A DNA stretch of 64,000 nucleotides from a virus. Its lineage: Duplodnaviria > Caudoviricetes. Positions 36,445 through 45,723 of this stretch are shown here, piece after piece (the stretch's first letter is position 1; the number at the start of each line of letters is the position of its first letter). The DNA is taken from the IMG/VR virus record IMGVR_UViG_3300032295_001098, positions 30,978 to 94,977 of that record; one strand, 5' to 3'. Under the pieces are notes generated by a model that saw only the letters and a list, made by a program, of their open reading frames with translations, had not been told where the DNA came from and searched no databases. The translations under genes were made by a program, and so were the position numbers.

Positions 36445-37216
36445 AAAGGGATGCCCAATCAAGCGCTAAAACCATAGGTTCATTACATGTGGCGCATTGG
36501 GCATTCACCTCCCCTACGACAGGTCCTGGCTGGTTGTCCAGTAGGAGTTTGACGAGGTTGGCTCGGTCCTTTAGTCCCAATCCTTTTGCCCAGTTTTCAG
36601 CATTTTTAATGTGCTTACTGGTAACGCAACGAGCAATCATGATTGTGTTTTGTTCTGCTGTGCTCTTTGCTTTCTTTGCTACAAACTGGCTATCTCCACC
36701 AGTTGGTAAACGGAACTCAATTTCAGAACCATCAGACAACTTACCCACCAATGGTTGGTGCACATCTAGGTCAGTCTTCTTATTTTCAAACTCATCCATA
36801 GACACGATGACATCGTTAGATGCGCTGCATGCGTTACAAGTAACTTGGTACTCACGGTTTTTTCCATAAGTGGCCTCAACAACCCCTAGGAAAAGCAAGT
36901 CACGGTCACCAATAATAAGGTTATCAATGACTGACGGGTGGTTAGCAATGGTTATAGAACCAATAGAAACCACAGCACGCTTTAACAGCGTTGACATGTA
37001 CTCGGCGTAAACCAGACTACGGTTGTCTAAAGATGCCAGTGCTTCTTCATCAAACCCGTTAAGTTCACGAACAATAGCCGTGGTGTCCCATGACTCAAGT
37101 TCGTCATTGAAAACACCACGGATAAGTTCAACTACCGTGTTTGGCGCTGGCTTCATTTCTGGAATGTCATCTTGAATAGCCGAATTGATGGCGTCAGCCT
37201 GTTGTTTTGCGTCCAT
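36434..37216 (-). CDS. Tail assembly chaperone (gpG-equivalent, two CxxC motifs)
   Basis: VRELNGFDEE, GDRDLLFL...TYG, CNAC, FRLPTGGD, QPGP..CATC; lies between tube and tape measure. Confidence 0.75.
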   Translation of the reverse strand: MDAKQQADAINSAIQDDIPEMKPAPNTVVELIRGVFNDELESWDTTAIVRELNGFDEEALASLDNRSLVYAEYMSTLLKRAVVSIGSITIANHPSVIDNLIIGDRDLLFLGVVEATYGKNREYQVTCNACSASNDVIVSMDEFENKKTDLDVHQPLVGKLSDGSEIEFRLPTGGDSQFVAKKAKSTAEQNTIMIARCVTSKHIKNAENWAKGLGLKDRANLVKLLLDNQPGPVVGEVNAQCATCNEPMVLALDWASLLFG

Positions 37217-37253
37217 TTGTGCTCCTACTTTGTTTGACTTAGTTTAACGAGTG

Positions 37254-37889
37254 TTATTTGGTATCAATGTTAGCGATGTCTGTGTCGCTCCATGCGATGT
37301 AGAAACCTTCGTGGTGAACTGTCATTGACTGAATCAGGATACCATTGTCTCCAGCGTTCAAGTCAGTAAGTGCGTAAGCGCCAGGCCATGCATTGAAAAG
37401 TTTAAATGCAAACTTTACGTTACCTGGGGTGATGGAGTCACTCTGGGTGCCACCGTCATACTGGTACTTCAAAGCACCGCTGTTCAATTCACTTGCGGTA
37501 TGTGGGTGATCATAAACACGAACCACGATGTCACAACGGTAGTCACCGTCGCCCATTGCAAGTCCCTGTTCTCCAGAAATGCCGCCGCCCAACCATGCAT
37601 GGATGAACTTTTGCCACTTCCACAATTGGTCTTGCCCAGCAAATGCTCCACGTGCAAAAGACACAGGAGCAAAGTCTGACTGAGCAACCATCTTGTGTGG
37701 GTGGGTGTTCATTCCGCCTTCACGGTAGGAGATGACTTCGTTGGTTACTGAGATACCACTTACCTGAGCAAAGCCGAGTTCGCCAATTTGGCTAAGGTTA
37801 TTAGCCAAGTTGCCATCAGCCGACTTTGGCGAGATGCTCACTCGGAACTTAAAGTTACGGAGTGGATCAGTGCGTAGTGTAGTTGCCAT
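37254..37889 (-). CDS. Tail tube protein (T4 gp19-like)
   Basis: DPLRNFKFRV, GFAQVSG, YREGG, FNAWP..LNAG...HEG. Confidence 0.93.
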   Translation of the reverse strand: MATTLRTDPLRNFKFRVSISPKSADGNLANNLSQIGELGFAQVSGISVTNEVISYREGGMNTHPHKMVAQSDFAPVSFARGAFAGQDQLWKWQKFIHAWLGGGISGEQGLAMGDGDYRCDIVVRVYDHPHTASELNSGALKYQYDGGTQSDSITPGNVKFAFKLFNAWPGAYALTDLNAGDNGILIQSMTVHHEGFYIAWSDTDIANIDTK

Positions 37890-37907
37890 TTTTTAAATGC
37901 TCCTTGA

Positions 37908-39485
37908 TTAGAGAGTTCCAGCGGAGTTTCCGCCAGCCCACTGAGTGAGGTTGATTACAACGAATTCGGCTGGGTATTGCAAGGCGATACCAACCTCAAT
38001 ATTTACGTAGCCATCTTCAATAGACGATTGTGTGTTATTTGTAGAATCACAAATGATGTAGAACGCACTGTCTGGGTTTGAACCCTTCAAGTTGCCCTTT
38101 GCCCAGAAGTCGGTCAAGGTGCTTGACAAAGCAATCTTGATGCGGCTCCATAGACGCTCATCGTTTGGCTCAAACACAGCAAATTGTGTTTGATCTGCAA
38201 GAGCAACACGCAAGTACGAAAGGGTACGGCGGATTGGAATGTACTTGTCTGGACGAGTCTTTGACAAGGTACGGGCACCATTGATAATGGTTCCACCACC
38301 AGCAATCGTACGAATACAGTTGACATGGTTAACGTTGTACAAAGTTCCTTGATCAGCGTCTGTAAGAGTTGCTACAAGACCAAATACGTTCTGTAGATCC
38401 AAGAAGTAACCAGCAGGTGCTTTAGCAACACCACGGAGGCTTTCCGAACGTACATACGCACCAGCAACTGCTCCACCTGTGTAGGTGTCACGAATAGCCG
38501 TTGGACCACTCTTTGCTGGGTCATACATCTTCAATGCTGGGAAGTACACAGCACCAAAACCGCCATTACTAGTGCTATAACCAGAAATAGCAGTCTGCAT
38601 GTCAGCCTTAGTTGTTGCATTCAATGGGCAGTCAATGATGATGAAAGCGTCTGCACGTTCTGCGGCGTATGCCAATGCTTGGTTAATACGAGTGGTTGAT
38701 GTTTGACCAACAAGGTTAATCAACAAAGGACCATTTACAATGTCCAAGTTGGTTACGCCAGTTGCCCATTCAACGTCATCGCTCACAGCACCTGGGGTAA
38801 CTGCATCCGAACCACCTGTCAATGTGAAGGAAGTTTCGTAATCACCAACACCAATTCCAGATACAACAATTGTTGCGTTGCTTGCAATTGTTGCTGGGGT
38901 GCTTTGCAATTTTACATACGAAGAATAAAGTTCAAGAACAGTCTTGTAGTAACGGCTTGATGAGGCATCAAACGAAAGTTCCTGCCAGCGTTCTACTTCT
39001 ATTGTAGAGCCAGAACGTGTTTGGCTTATAGTCAATGCAAACAAAGTGTTTGCTGTAACTTTTGGTGCTGTTGCTACGTCTGCCAAAGTGTTTGGGTCAA
39101 ACGAAATGCTTACTGAGAGGTTGTCTCCCCATGCACCTTTTGAAGCGGCTTCCAGAATGAACATTGTTGAAGCGGCTGATGCGCCAGTCACTGTTCCTTG
39201 GAAGGTATATGAAGACGCTACTGCTGTGGTGTCAAGCACTCGTGACACATAAGCGTCACGTCCACCGTTAGCAAAGTAGTGGTAAACGGCATAACCAAGG
39301 TCATAAGTATTTGAGATTTCTCCATACTTAGCCTTGTAGTCGTTCCAAGAGGTGATCAATGTTGCCGATCCTGGACCACGTTCTGCGTAGCCAACAAAGG
39401 CAGCGGCAGTAGTAGCGGCACGGGGGGTTACATTGCTGGTAAATGGAGTCTCACGTACGTAGACTCCAGGGCGGTCGTATGCCAT
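37908..39485 (-). CDS. Tail sheath protein
   Basis: RPGVYVRE, AAFVGYAERGP, YFANGG, KAPAG, VNCIR, GARTL, FEPND, PAEFVVI. Confidence 0.96.
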   Translation of the reverse strand: MAYDRPGVYVRETPFTSNVTPRAATTAAAFVGYAERGPGSATLITSWNDYKAKYGEISNTYDLGYAVYHYFANGGRDAYVSRVLDTTAVASSYTFQGTVTGASAASTMFILEAASKGAWGDNLSVSISFDPNTLADVATAPKVTANTLFALTISQTRSGSTIEVERWQELSFDASSSRYYKTVLELYSSYVKLQSTPATIASNATIVVSGIGVGDYETSFTLTGGSDAVTPGAVSDDVEWATGVTNLDIVNGPLLINLVGQTSTTRINQALAYAAERADAFIIIDCPLNATTKADMQTAISGYSTSNGGFGAVYFPALKMYDPAKSGPTAIRDTYTGGAVAGAYVRSESLRGVAKAPAGYFLDLQNVFGLVATLTDADQGTLYNVNHVNCIRTIAGGGTIINGARTLSKTRPDKYIPIRRTLSYLRVALADQTQFAVFEPNDERLWSRIKIALSSTLTDFWAKGNLKGSNPDSAFYIICDSTNNTQSSIEDGYVNIEVGIALQYPAEFVVINLTQWAGGNSAGTL

Positions 39486-39523
39486 TGTTTACTCCTAAAT
39501 CAGGGGTGACAGGGTTTCAATAA

Positions 39524-40159
39524 TTAATTTGTCTGTTCAAGTGTAGTTGATACAGACGATACTTTCTTGAGACCAGTTAGTGCAGACGTTGGGATTTCCG
39601 ACGTCATTTGTAGTGTGTATACCTTACGGAAAATACGCTTGCGGTAGCCCGCCTCAGGGTCTAGGAGGTCTGCTGTAGACCAATCTAAGAGGTCCAAACG
39701 ACGAGACGTTCCATCCGCCTCAATCATTATGGAACTGTACCTAAAGGGAACTATGTTTGCCAGCATTTGTGAAGCCAGTTGTCGGTCATGTATAGCACTT
39801 CTTGTAAACGTAGAAACTTGGTATAAAAGGTCTACAGGGGTAAATTCTGTAGTTCTGAAGGAGTCAAACCCTGGAACATTAGGGGAACTAGCCGAAGAGG
39901 TGCTAGGCCAGTAATCAAGGTTATTTGGGTGCCCCGCATGATGTGTGTCCAGATAGGTTTCTGAGTGCTGACGGTTCTTGGCATGCACGATGTCAATAAG
40001 TTCAATCGTGATGAAGGGGTACTTACGCTCAGTCTCACCTTCTGGATAACGAAAGAATACCTGTACGGGGCGCTCTGCTTCACGGTCATCTGAGACAGTC
40101 AAATCGGAAAAACGCTTTTTAATAGCCTCGTCTTCAGCAAACAGAAACCCTTGTTTCAT
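39524..40159 (-). CDS. Tail terminator / completion protein
   Basis: V.FRYPE...YPFITI, P.DLLYQV; lies upstream of the sheath. Confidence 0.65.
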   Translation of the reverse strand: MKQGFLFAEDEAIKKRFSDLTVSDDREAERPVQVFFRYPEGETERKYPFITIELIDIVHAKNRQHSETYLDTHHAGHPNNLDYWPSTSSASSPNVPGFDSFRTTEFTPVDLLYQVSTFTRSAIHDRQLASQMLANIVPFRYSSIMIEADGTSRRLDLLDWSTADLLDPEAGYRKRIFRKVYTLQMTSEIPTSALTGLKKVSSVSTTLEQTN

Positions 40160-40224
40160 TTAGGGGCTTTTACACAGACGGCAAAACTAGAACTCAAAGG
40201 CAACACAGATGACAAGCCGATCAT
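40156..40224 (-). other. 22-codon ORF or gene remnant with upstream promoter and hairpin
   Basis: MIGLSSVLPLSSSFAVCVKAPK*, SD AAGGA, ATGA overlap; CTTAGC-GAGC-GCTAAG hairpin and TAAACT upstream. Confidence 0.35.
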
Positions 40225-40286
40225 GGCACATCCTTAAGTTCTAGGCGTTGGACCCCTTAGCGCTCGCTAAGATTGATCTAAGTTTA

Positions 40287-40823
40287 TCAAATAATAGGCA
40301 ACGCTGTAGGCCATGGAAGGTTCTGAGTGTTCATAGGTTCGGGACCTATATCAAATGGCATTTCTTGATTTATATACACTTCAATACCTTCAACAACTAC
40401 CATGACGTCATCACGAAGGCGACCACGGACACGGTAAGTGGCAATTGCAAAGTAGCGACCGTCATACAAGAACATGTCGTTTAGATGCTTCTGGTACTCA
40501 AACGGGTCAGTAACTCCAGCCGTTCTAAAGTCTTCAATAGACGCCACAAAGTTAGTAAGTTCTACAGGCTGACGACCTTCAGGAATGGCTCGTTTTTGGT
40601 CTTCAGTTTCCGTAACCATCAGGGTAGGGATGATCACACCAGCCTTGTATTTACGCCCACCTGTTCCCACAATGCCTTCGTCGTAGACATCATCGTAGAT
40701 AGAACCTGCGCTGGCTGGGGTGGTCTGTGGAAGGTACTCAAACCAAACTATTGATTCGCCGTAGTTCCTCGTGTATTCACGGTAGTGACGGCGTATCTGA
40801 GATAACTCACGTCTAATATCCAT
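40287..40823 (-). CDS. Head-tail stopper/closure protein
   Basis: YDDVYDEG, D.FLYDGRYF.I; position in the neck region. Confidence 0.6.
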   Translation of the reverse strand: MDIRRELSQIRRHYREYTRNYGESIVWFEYLPQTTPASAGSIYDDVYDEGIVGTGGRKYKAGVIIPTLMVTETEDQKRAIPEGRQPVELTNFVASIEDFRTAGVTDPFEYQKHLNDMFLYDGRYFAIATYRVRGRLRDDVMVVVEGIEVYINQEMPFDIGPEPMNTQNLPWPTALPII

Positions 40824-41635
40824 TAGAAGAACGAGTTGTTGACATAGCCCTCTTGAGGTGCCATATCAACATATACGTCCTCACGCAAGTTGTCAATCGG
40901 GGCTTCTTCCAATTGAATGACTTCTTTGTCAGAGTTCGGGAAAATGCGTTCGGTTGGACCATAGTCACCAAGTTCCCGAGCCTTGAACATTGGTACGTAA
41001 CGGTTGGTTGTGCGGGATACACGACGCAGATTGAATATTTCAATTCTGTCAACACCAATATTGAGGGAACGAGCCTGTGTTTCGTACTGGTTGCTCCAAT
41101 AAGCAAGGAGGCTTTGTACCATGCGGAAACGCTGGCTGGCTGGGATATGGATAGATTCTGATGTCATGACATCAATATCACGGCTGAACTCAGACATCAA
41201 AGCCCCGAGGGCTTCTACGATTGCACCAATACCAATAGTCTCAATAATTAATTTAGCCATATTTTCTAAAGGTATATCAAGACTAAATGTATGCTGGTTG
41301 ATTGCTTGCTTGGCGTAGAACTCAAGGTCTTGTGGGGAAACCCACTCGTAGTGGTATCCCTCAATCATGATCTTGGCGCCAGATGCAGGAGTGGTAGCCA
41401 AGCGCAAGATCCCATTGCGGGTATCCAAGGAGTACTGAGCGGTAGTTAATTCGCTAACTGAAGCGCCGACATTACTGGCAATCCACAAAGTATCAGGGTC
41501 AATATTAGGGTGCCCTAACTCGTAAGTCCTACCTACGGAGTCAAAAGAGACTTGAAAGAACTTAGGGAAGTCTCGGAGGTATGTCCGTGCTACTTCTGTG
41601 ACCTCATCAAGGATACTTTGGGCGTAGATTGACAT
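40823..41635 (-). CDS. Head-tail adaptor/neck protein
   Basis: DIDV...E.IHIPASQRF..., LRRVSRTTNR; leaderless TAAACT promoter. Confidence 0.6.
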   Translation of the reverse strand: MSIYAQSILDEVTEVARTYLRDFPKFFQVSFDSVGRTYELGHPNIDPDTLWIASNVGASVSELTTAQYSLDTRNGILRLATTPASGAKIMIEGYHYEWVSPQDLEFYAKQAINQHTFSLDIPLENMAKLIIETIGIGAIVEALGALMSEFSRDIDVMTSESIHIPASQRFRMVQSLLAYWSNQYETQARSLNIGVDRIEIFNLRRVSRTTNRYVPMFKARELGDYGPTERIFPNSDKEVIQLEEAPIDNLREDVYVDMAPQEGYVNNSFF

Positions 41636-41654
41636 GCTTACAGTTTACTTCAAA

Positions 41655-41852
41655 TTACTGATCTCCTGAGCCAGCCCCAGGAACAGTGTCACGTGATGGC
41701 TGGTTTACCTCTGGTTGGGTCTCCCTATGGCGATGAGACATAGTCCCACGAAGACGGGTTATGTCGGCTACGGTTCCTGTTGGTTTAGGGATTGGACGCT
41801 CTAAAGTCATTGAAATCCACCTTCTTTCTTGGCTTGTTTGTAGGTAGCCCAA
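41655..41852 (-). CDS. Small hypothetical protein (start probably 41810)
   Basis: SD GAAGG, ATGA overlap. Confidence 0.5.
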   Translation of the reverse strand: MGYLQTSQERRWISMTLERPIPKPTGTVADITRLRGTMSHRHRETQPEVNQPSRDTVPGAGSGDQ

Positions 41853-42121
41853 GGACCATTAATAAAATTATTAAACATGAAGGAAGCACTCATGTAGGCG
41901 TTAAGGGGTGAGGACATATGGGATAAACCATCCTCAAATGCTTCGCACACTTCATCTACAGATAGACGTAAGTTTTCAATAATGTGTGCTTTAAAAGCAG
42001 GGATAAAACTTGCATCCGCCTCAGCAATTTCAATTAATAAATGAGATTCTTGTGCTGTGGCGTACACATCCCCATACTTAACAAGGGGACCATTAAGGGT
42101 TTTTAATAGTTCATATGCCAT
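41807..42121 (-). CDS. Hypothetical protein
   Basis: Co-oriented ORF. Confidence 0.55.
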   Translation of the reverse strand: MAYELLKTLNGPLVKYGDVYATAQESHLLIEIAEADASFIPAFKAHIIENLRLSVDEVCEAFEDGLSHMSSPLNAYMSASFMFNNFINGPWATYKQAKKEGGFQ

Positions 42122-42125
42122 TTTA

Positions 42126-42281
42126 TTACCATTTTCCTATTGGGCACTTAGACCCTTTAAGTTGTGACTTTACTTTCATAAAACAACCACACTCTTTACA
42201 AGTCATCGTTGGTGTAAATAAACGAGGGCATTCACGACAAATGTCTAAACGTTGTTCTGGAGTAAGTTCTTGTGGACTCAT
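42126..42281 (-). CDS. 51-aa Cys-rich protein (DUF6171-like; not in ORF track)
   Basis: RLDICRECP.....TCKECGCFMKVK..L..SKCPIGKW. Confidence 0.8.
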   Translation of the reverse strand: MSPQELTPEQRLDICRECPRLFTPTMTCKECGCFMKVKSQLKGSKCPIGKW

Positions 42282-43108
42282 ACAGGAGAGTATACAAACC
42301 TATCCACCCCTGTTGATGCTGTACCTGTGGTTATTGGCGCCAAAATAAAGCCATGGCGCTTTCCAGTCAATGGGCTAGATGGGGTATTACTTAAAGTTTG
42401 AACAGTTGCTCCACCATTCATTTGAGCGGTTGCTGTGATAACTCCAGCCTTAGAAACACTTGCTTGGACATAACCAATTGTTGATGTGCTATTTGTGTTT
42501 GTTTCAATGTTTTTTACATCTACTTCAGTAACTGTCCCTGCAACTGATTTTATTAATCTAATTCTGTAGGTGTATTGAAGGGTCGCCGCATATGTCTCAC
42601 CTGCAGTAACGATGTCATAGTAGTAAGTAGAACAGGTAGCATTAGCAGAACCTAGGTGTACGTTGCTGGTTGTATAACACTCAGTTCCAGACAAGATGGT
42701 TCCTTCTGGGCATGAATACACACATGTCAAACCAGATCCTTGAGTTACAGTGTCTGGCTTCTTACAGTTAGTGCCAATCAGTGTGTCACCAGCACCACAA
42801 ACGTAAGCAGAAGTTCTATCAGTTACTACAGCCCACCAATTATCTGCGTCTCTAACCCAAAACCCCACACCCCATCCATGTGTTCCTGCGGTTCCAAAGT
42901 CAGCACGGACGGTAACACTAGTAGTGTTGGCATTAAAGGTAGCAAGTGGGTATGACGAAGCCGCTGTAGCCGTATACGCTTTGTTAGACAATACAGACCA
43001 TGAACCACGTGTACTGGTCCAGCGTTGCGCTAGAGAACCTGTTCCTGAGAACTCGTCTGTGAACGCACGAGTGGCTGCAACTGCGGAATCTACAATTCCT
43101 GGAATCAT
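42278..43108 (-). CDS. Virion fibre-associated beta-sandwich protein with Cys-rich insert
   Basis: MIPGIVDS N-terminus; Thr/Ser/Gly-rich; YSCPEGTILSGTECY. Confidence 0.55.
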   Translation of the reverse strand: MIPGIVDSAVAATRAFTDEFSGTGSLAQRWTSTRGSWSVLSNKAYTATAASSYPLATFNANTTSVTVRADFGTAGTHGWGVGFWVRDADNWWAVVTDRTSAYVCGAGDTLIGTNCKKPDTVTQGSGLTCVYSCPEGTILSGTECYTTSNVHLGSANATCSTYYYDIVTAGETYAATLQYTYRIRLIKSVAGTVTEVDVKNIETNTNSTSTIGYVQASVSKAGVITATAQMNGGATVQTLSNTPSSPLTGKRHGFILAPITTGTASTGVDRFVYSPV

Positions 43109-43111
43109 AGG

Positions 43112-44278
43112 TTAGTCCGTAAGGTTTCCGACAGCCACCCAACTATTAGCACCACGCTTAATCAAAGTGCATGCCGCCCATTGACTAAGGAGTTTACGTT
43201 TACCAGTATCTGTGTTTAAGGTAACGCCTGCTGTTGGTGCCAGCGTTACTTGTCCTGCACCAGTCTGGATGATATCTATACGATCTCCCGTAGTAAAAGC
43301 AACTGAATCGGTAGGAATGACAAGGTTGCATGCCGACCCACTAGACACTTCAACTAATTTACCCAAGTCACTTAACACCAAAGTGTATGAACCCGCCACA
43401 GCATTGATTGTTGAGTTATAACCTGCACGAGGAGTTCCTGATCCAAGTTTGGCTTGCGTAATTGAAGAGTCTGTAATTTGGGTAGTTCCGACAGTGCCCG
43501 CAGTAAGACCTGCACCAGAAATACCCGTAAGAGATGCACCAGAGCCAGTAAATGAAGTTGCTGTAATTGCACCTGCAGTGAAGTTACCGCTACCGTCACG
43601 TTGAACCAGAGTGTTAGCCGTATTGGCTGAAGCCATTGCTACATACGTAGCAAGGTTGGTCCATGTAGACGCACCAGTCTTAACGTAGATATGTGATTGC
43701 CCACTGTTTGATGGAGCCGTAGTGGTTACATACACGTCACCAACAGCACCAGTACCGCCTGCTGGAGCGCCAGAAGCAACACGACTCAAAGATGATGAGG
43801 TAAATGATCGCTTATCAACAACCAATTGAGTTGTGTAGGTAGTGTTAAAAGTGTTCTTTACATACACCGCATACAGAGGAATTTGGGTGTCTGTGAGTGT
43901 GGGAAACACTGGGTTAGTTGAACTAGCCGTTCCTTGAACTACGTCAAATTGGAAGGTACCACTGTTGTTATACGCAACAATGATGTCAAAACGAGTATCA
44001 GTGTTAATTGGAGCGGCGGCTACAACAACTGTTGAACCTGCAATAGATCCATAGGTGTTATCAATACGCACTTCAACAGCGCTCAAAGTTACGTTGATAT
44101 AGGCAGGCGTTGCGTTACCAGCGGCACTAGATATGGCTGTAACGTTTGCCCCACTGATTACACCATGTCGGTGATCACCAATACTTGAAAAGTCAAGAGA
44201 GTCTGGCTCTGACTGATCTAATGAGGCAATATTCCCAAGTCCAAAATCGGTTGCGTTAGGGACTGTAAAGCCTGCCAT
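43112..44278 (-). CDS. Virion fibre protein
   Basis: GVISG, RFDIIV, NTLVQRDGSGNF, C-terminal YTLVLSD..IDIIQTGAGQVT..LIKR..NSW.AVGNL. Confidence 0.7.
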   Translation of the reverse strand: MAGFTVPNATDFGLGNIASLDQSEPDSLDFSSIGDHRHGVISGANVTAISSAAGNATPAYINVTLSAVEVRIDNTYGSIAGSTVVVAAAPINTDTRFDIIVAYNNSGTFQFDVVQGTASSTNPVFPTLTDTQIPLYAVYVKNTFNTTYTTQLVVDKRSFTSSSLSRVASGAPAGGTGAVGDVYVTTTAPSNSGQSHIYVKTGASTWTNLATYVAMASANTANTLVQRDGSGNFTAGAITATSFTGSGASLTGISGAGLTAGTVGTTQITDSSITQAKLGSGTPRAGYNSTINAVAGSYTLVLSDLGKLVEVSSGSACNLVIPTDSVAFTTGDRIDIIQTGAGQVTLAPTAGVTLNTDTGKRKLLSQWAACTLIKRGANSWVAVGNLTD

Positions 44279-44286
44279 TTGTTACC

Positions 44287-44526
44287 TCACAAGGTGTCGT
44301 AGATGTTTCCGCTTTTCTTCAAATAATTGTAGAGGTCACGTGGAAGCGTGTAGCGGGTACCATCTTCAAAATTAAAAACTAATTGTCCCCAGAACATCGT
44401 CCACGTACCCTTAACACGGGCAGAGATTTGGTCACTGGATACTTCAAGCGGTTGTACTTCTACAACGGCTTCTTCTGAGTCTGTATCAACAGCCTCAGCA
44501 AACTGACTGACTTTTTTGGTTGCCAT
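44287..44526 (-). CDS. Small head-associated hypothetical protein
   Basis: Directly after the capsid gene; SD AGGAG; FEDG.RY.LP. Confidence 0.65.
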   Translation of the reverse strand: MATKKVSQFAEAVDTDSEEAVVEVQPLEVSSDQISARVKGTWTMFWGQLVFNFEDGTRYTLPRDLYNYLKKSGNIYDTL

Positions 44527-44560
44527 GATTACTCCTGTTTGTTTAAGTTAACTATGAATA

Positions 44561-44586
44561 AAGGGGCGGGTTTTACCCCGCCCCTT
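44561..44586 (-). terminator. Intrinsic terminator after the major capsid gene
   Basis: AAGGGGCGGG-gtaaaa-CCCGCCCCTT then TATT on the minus strand. Confidence 0.8.
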
Positions 44587-44608
44587 AACTCTACTTCATT
44601 TTGCCTAA

Positions 44609-45685
44609 TTAGGCAGAAGCGATAGCGCCACCCTTGGTGTTGATCAACACTCGGGATTCGTGCGTGATTACGCCGAAGCCCCAGATTGCGTACCAAGCGA
44701 GACCATGCTCACGACCGAAGTCAATTACGCCACCGTCACGGAGTTCAACTGGCAAGGCGATTGCCTGACCAAATGCGTTGTCACCGATCATCATTGCGCT
44801 GTACGAGGTTGCGCTTGGGTCGTTGATTGAACCACCTGGGGTTACGTCAACGATTCCAGTGCCACCCTGAAGTACTTGCGTGGTTTCAATGAACACTACG
44901 TCGTAGATACGACCGATTTCACCGAGCATGAAGTTTCCTGGAGCGGCATACTTCGTGACTTCAATGAATTCAGGCCAGTCACGGAGCGAGCGGCTCTGTG
45001 ATGGGTGAACGAAGCACACGTAGGTGTCGCCAAGGCGTGGGATGTTCTGACCAGCAAGGATTTCAACTGCGTCCTTGATAGTTGCAGGCGAGAGGTATCC
45101 AGGAGCCGATGCTGAACCAGCGCTTGAGTACTCGTAAGGAGCGATTGAGCCACGGGTTGAGCCGTTGGTCGTACGACCGAAGACTACCGATGGAGCAACT
45201 GCTGAACCGCCGCCGAATGGAACGCCTGCCGAGTACAGCGTGTTGCGTGCCTGAACGTCCATGGACTGTGCCATGTGACGACCGAGCAAGCGGCTGGACG
45301 AAGCCATAACGTCATCAAACGATGCGTTCAAGAGAAGTTCGGTTACTGCAACCGACTTACCTTGTTCTTTAACGGTGATTTGAATCTGCGATGCAGTCAA
45401 CGCCGTTGGTTCCATGCGGGTACCTTCGGTGAGTTCTGAACCACTTGCGCCAACCGAAAGGTTGTTGTAACGCATGAAGTTGACGGTGAGTCCTGGCATT
45501 ACACCAAGTTCTGTCTTCTTCACTGCGAACTGTTCAAAACGCAGGACTGGCATTGCCTGGAACAAGATTTCTTTGGACCAGATTTGCTGAATTGCTGGGG
45601 AGAGGGCGGTTGCCGAGCCGTAGCCGTTTGGACTAATGCTTGCGGAACTGGTTACTGCTCCACCTGTTGGGGCTGGAAAAGCCAT
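44609..45685 (-). CDS. Major capsid protein (HK97 fold, N4-gp56-like)
   Basis: WSKEIL, LRFEQFA, LTEG, YVCFVHPSQ..LR, GEIGRIYDVVFIET, DFGREHGLAWY. Confidence 0.93.
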   Translation of the reverse strand: MAFPAPTGGAVTSSASISPNGYGSATALSPAIQQIWSKEILFQAMPVLRFEQFAVKKTELGVMPGLTVNFMRYNNLSVGASGSELTEGTRMEPTALTASQIQITVKEQGKSVAVTELLLNASFDDVMASSSRLLGRHMAQSMDVQARNTLYSAGVPFGGGSAVAPSVVFGRTTNGSTRGSIAPYEYSSAGSASAPGYLSPATIKDAVEILAGQNIPRLGDTYVCFVHPSQSRSLRDWPEFIEVTKYAAPGNFMLGEIGRIYDVVFIETTQVLQGGTGIVDVTPGGSINDPSATSYSAMMIGDNAFGQAIALPVELRDGGVIDFGREHGLAWYAIWGFGVITHESRVLINTKGGAIASA

Positions 45686-45723
45686 GTTCTAATCCTCCTA
45701 GGATTAAGTGTTGATATTAGGTT

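Noticed and set aside
26676-40159. Extracellular contractile injection system or tailocin
   Set aside because: Capsid, portal, terminase and replisome are contiguous, so this is a phage tail
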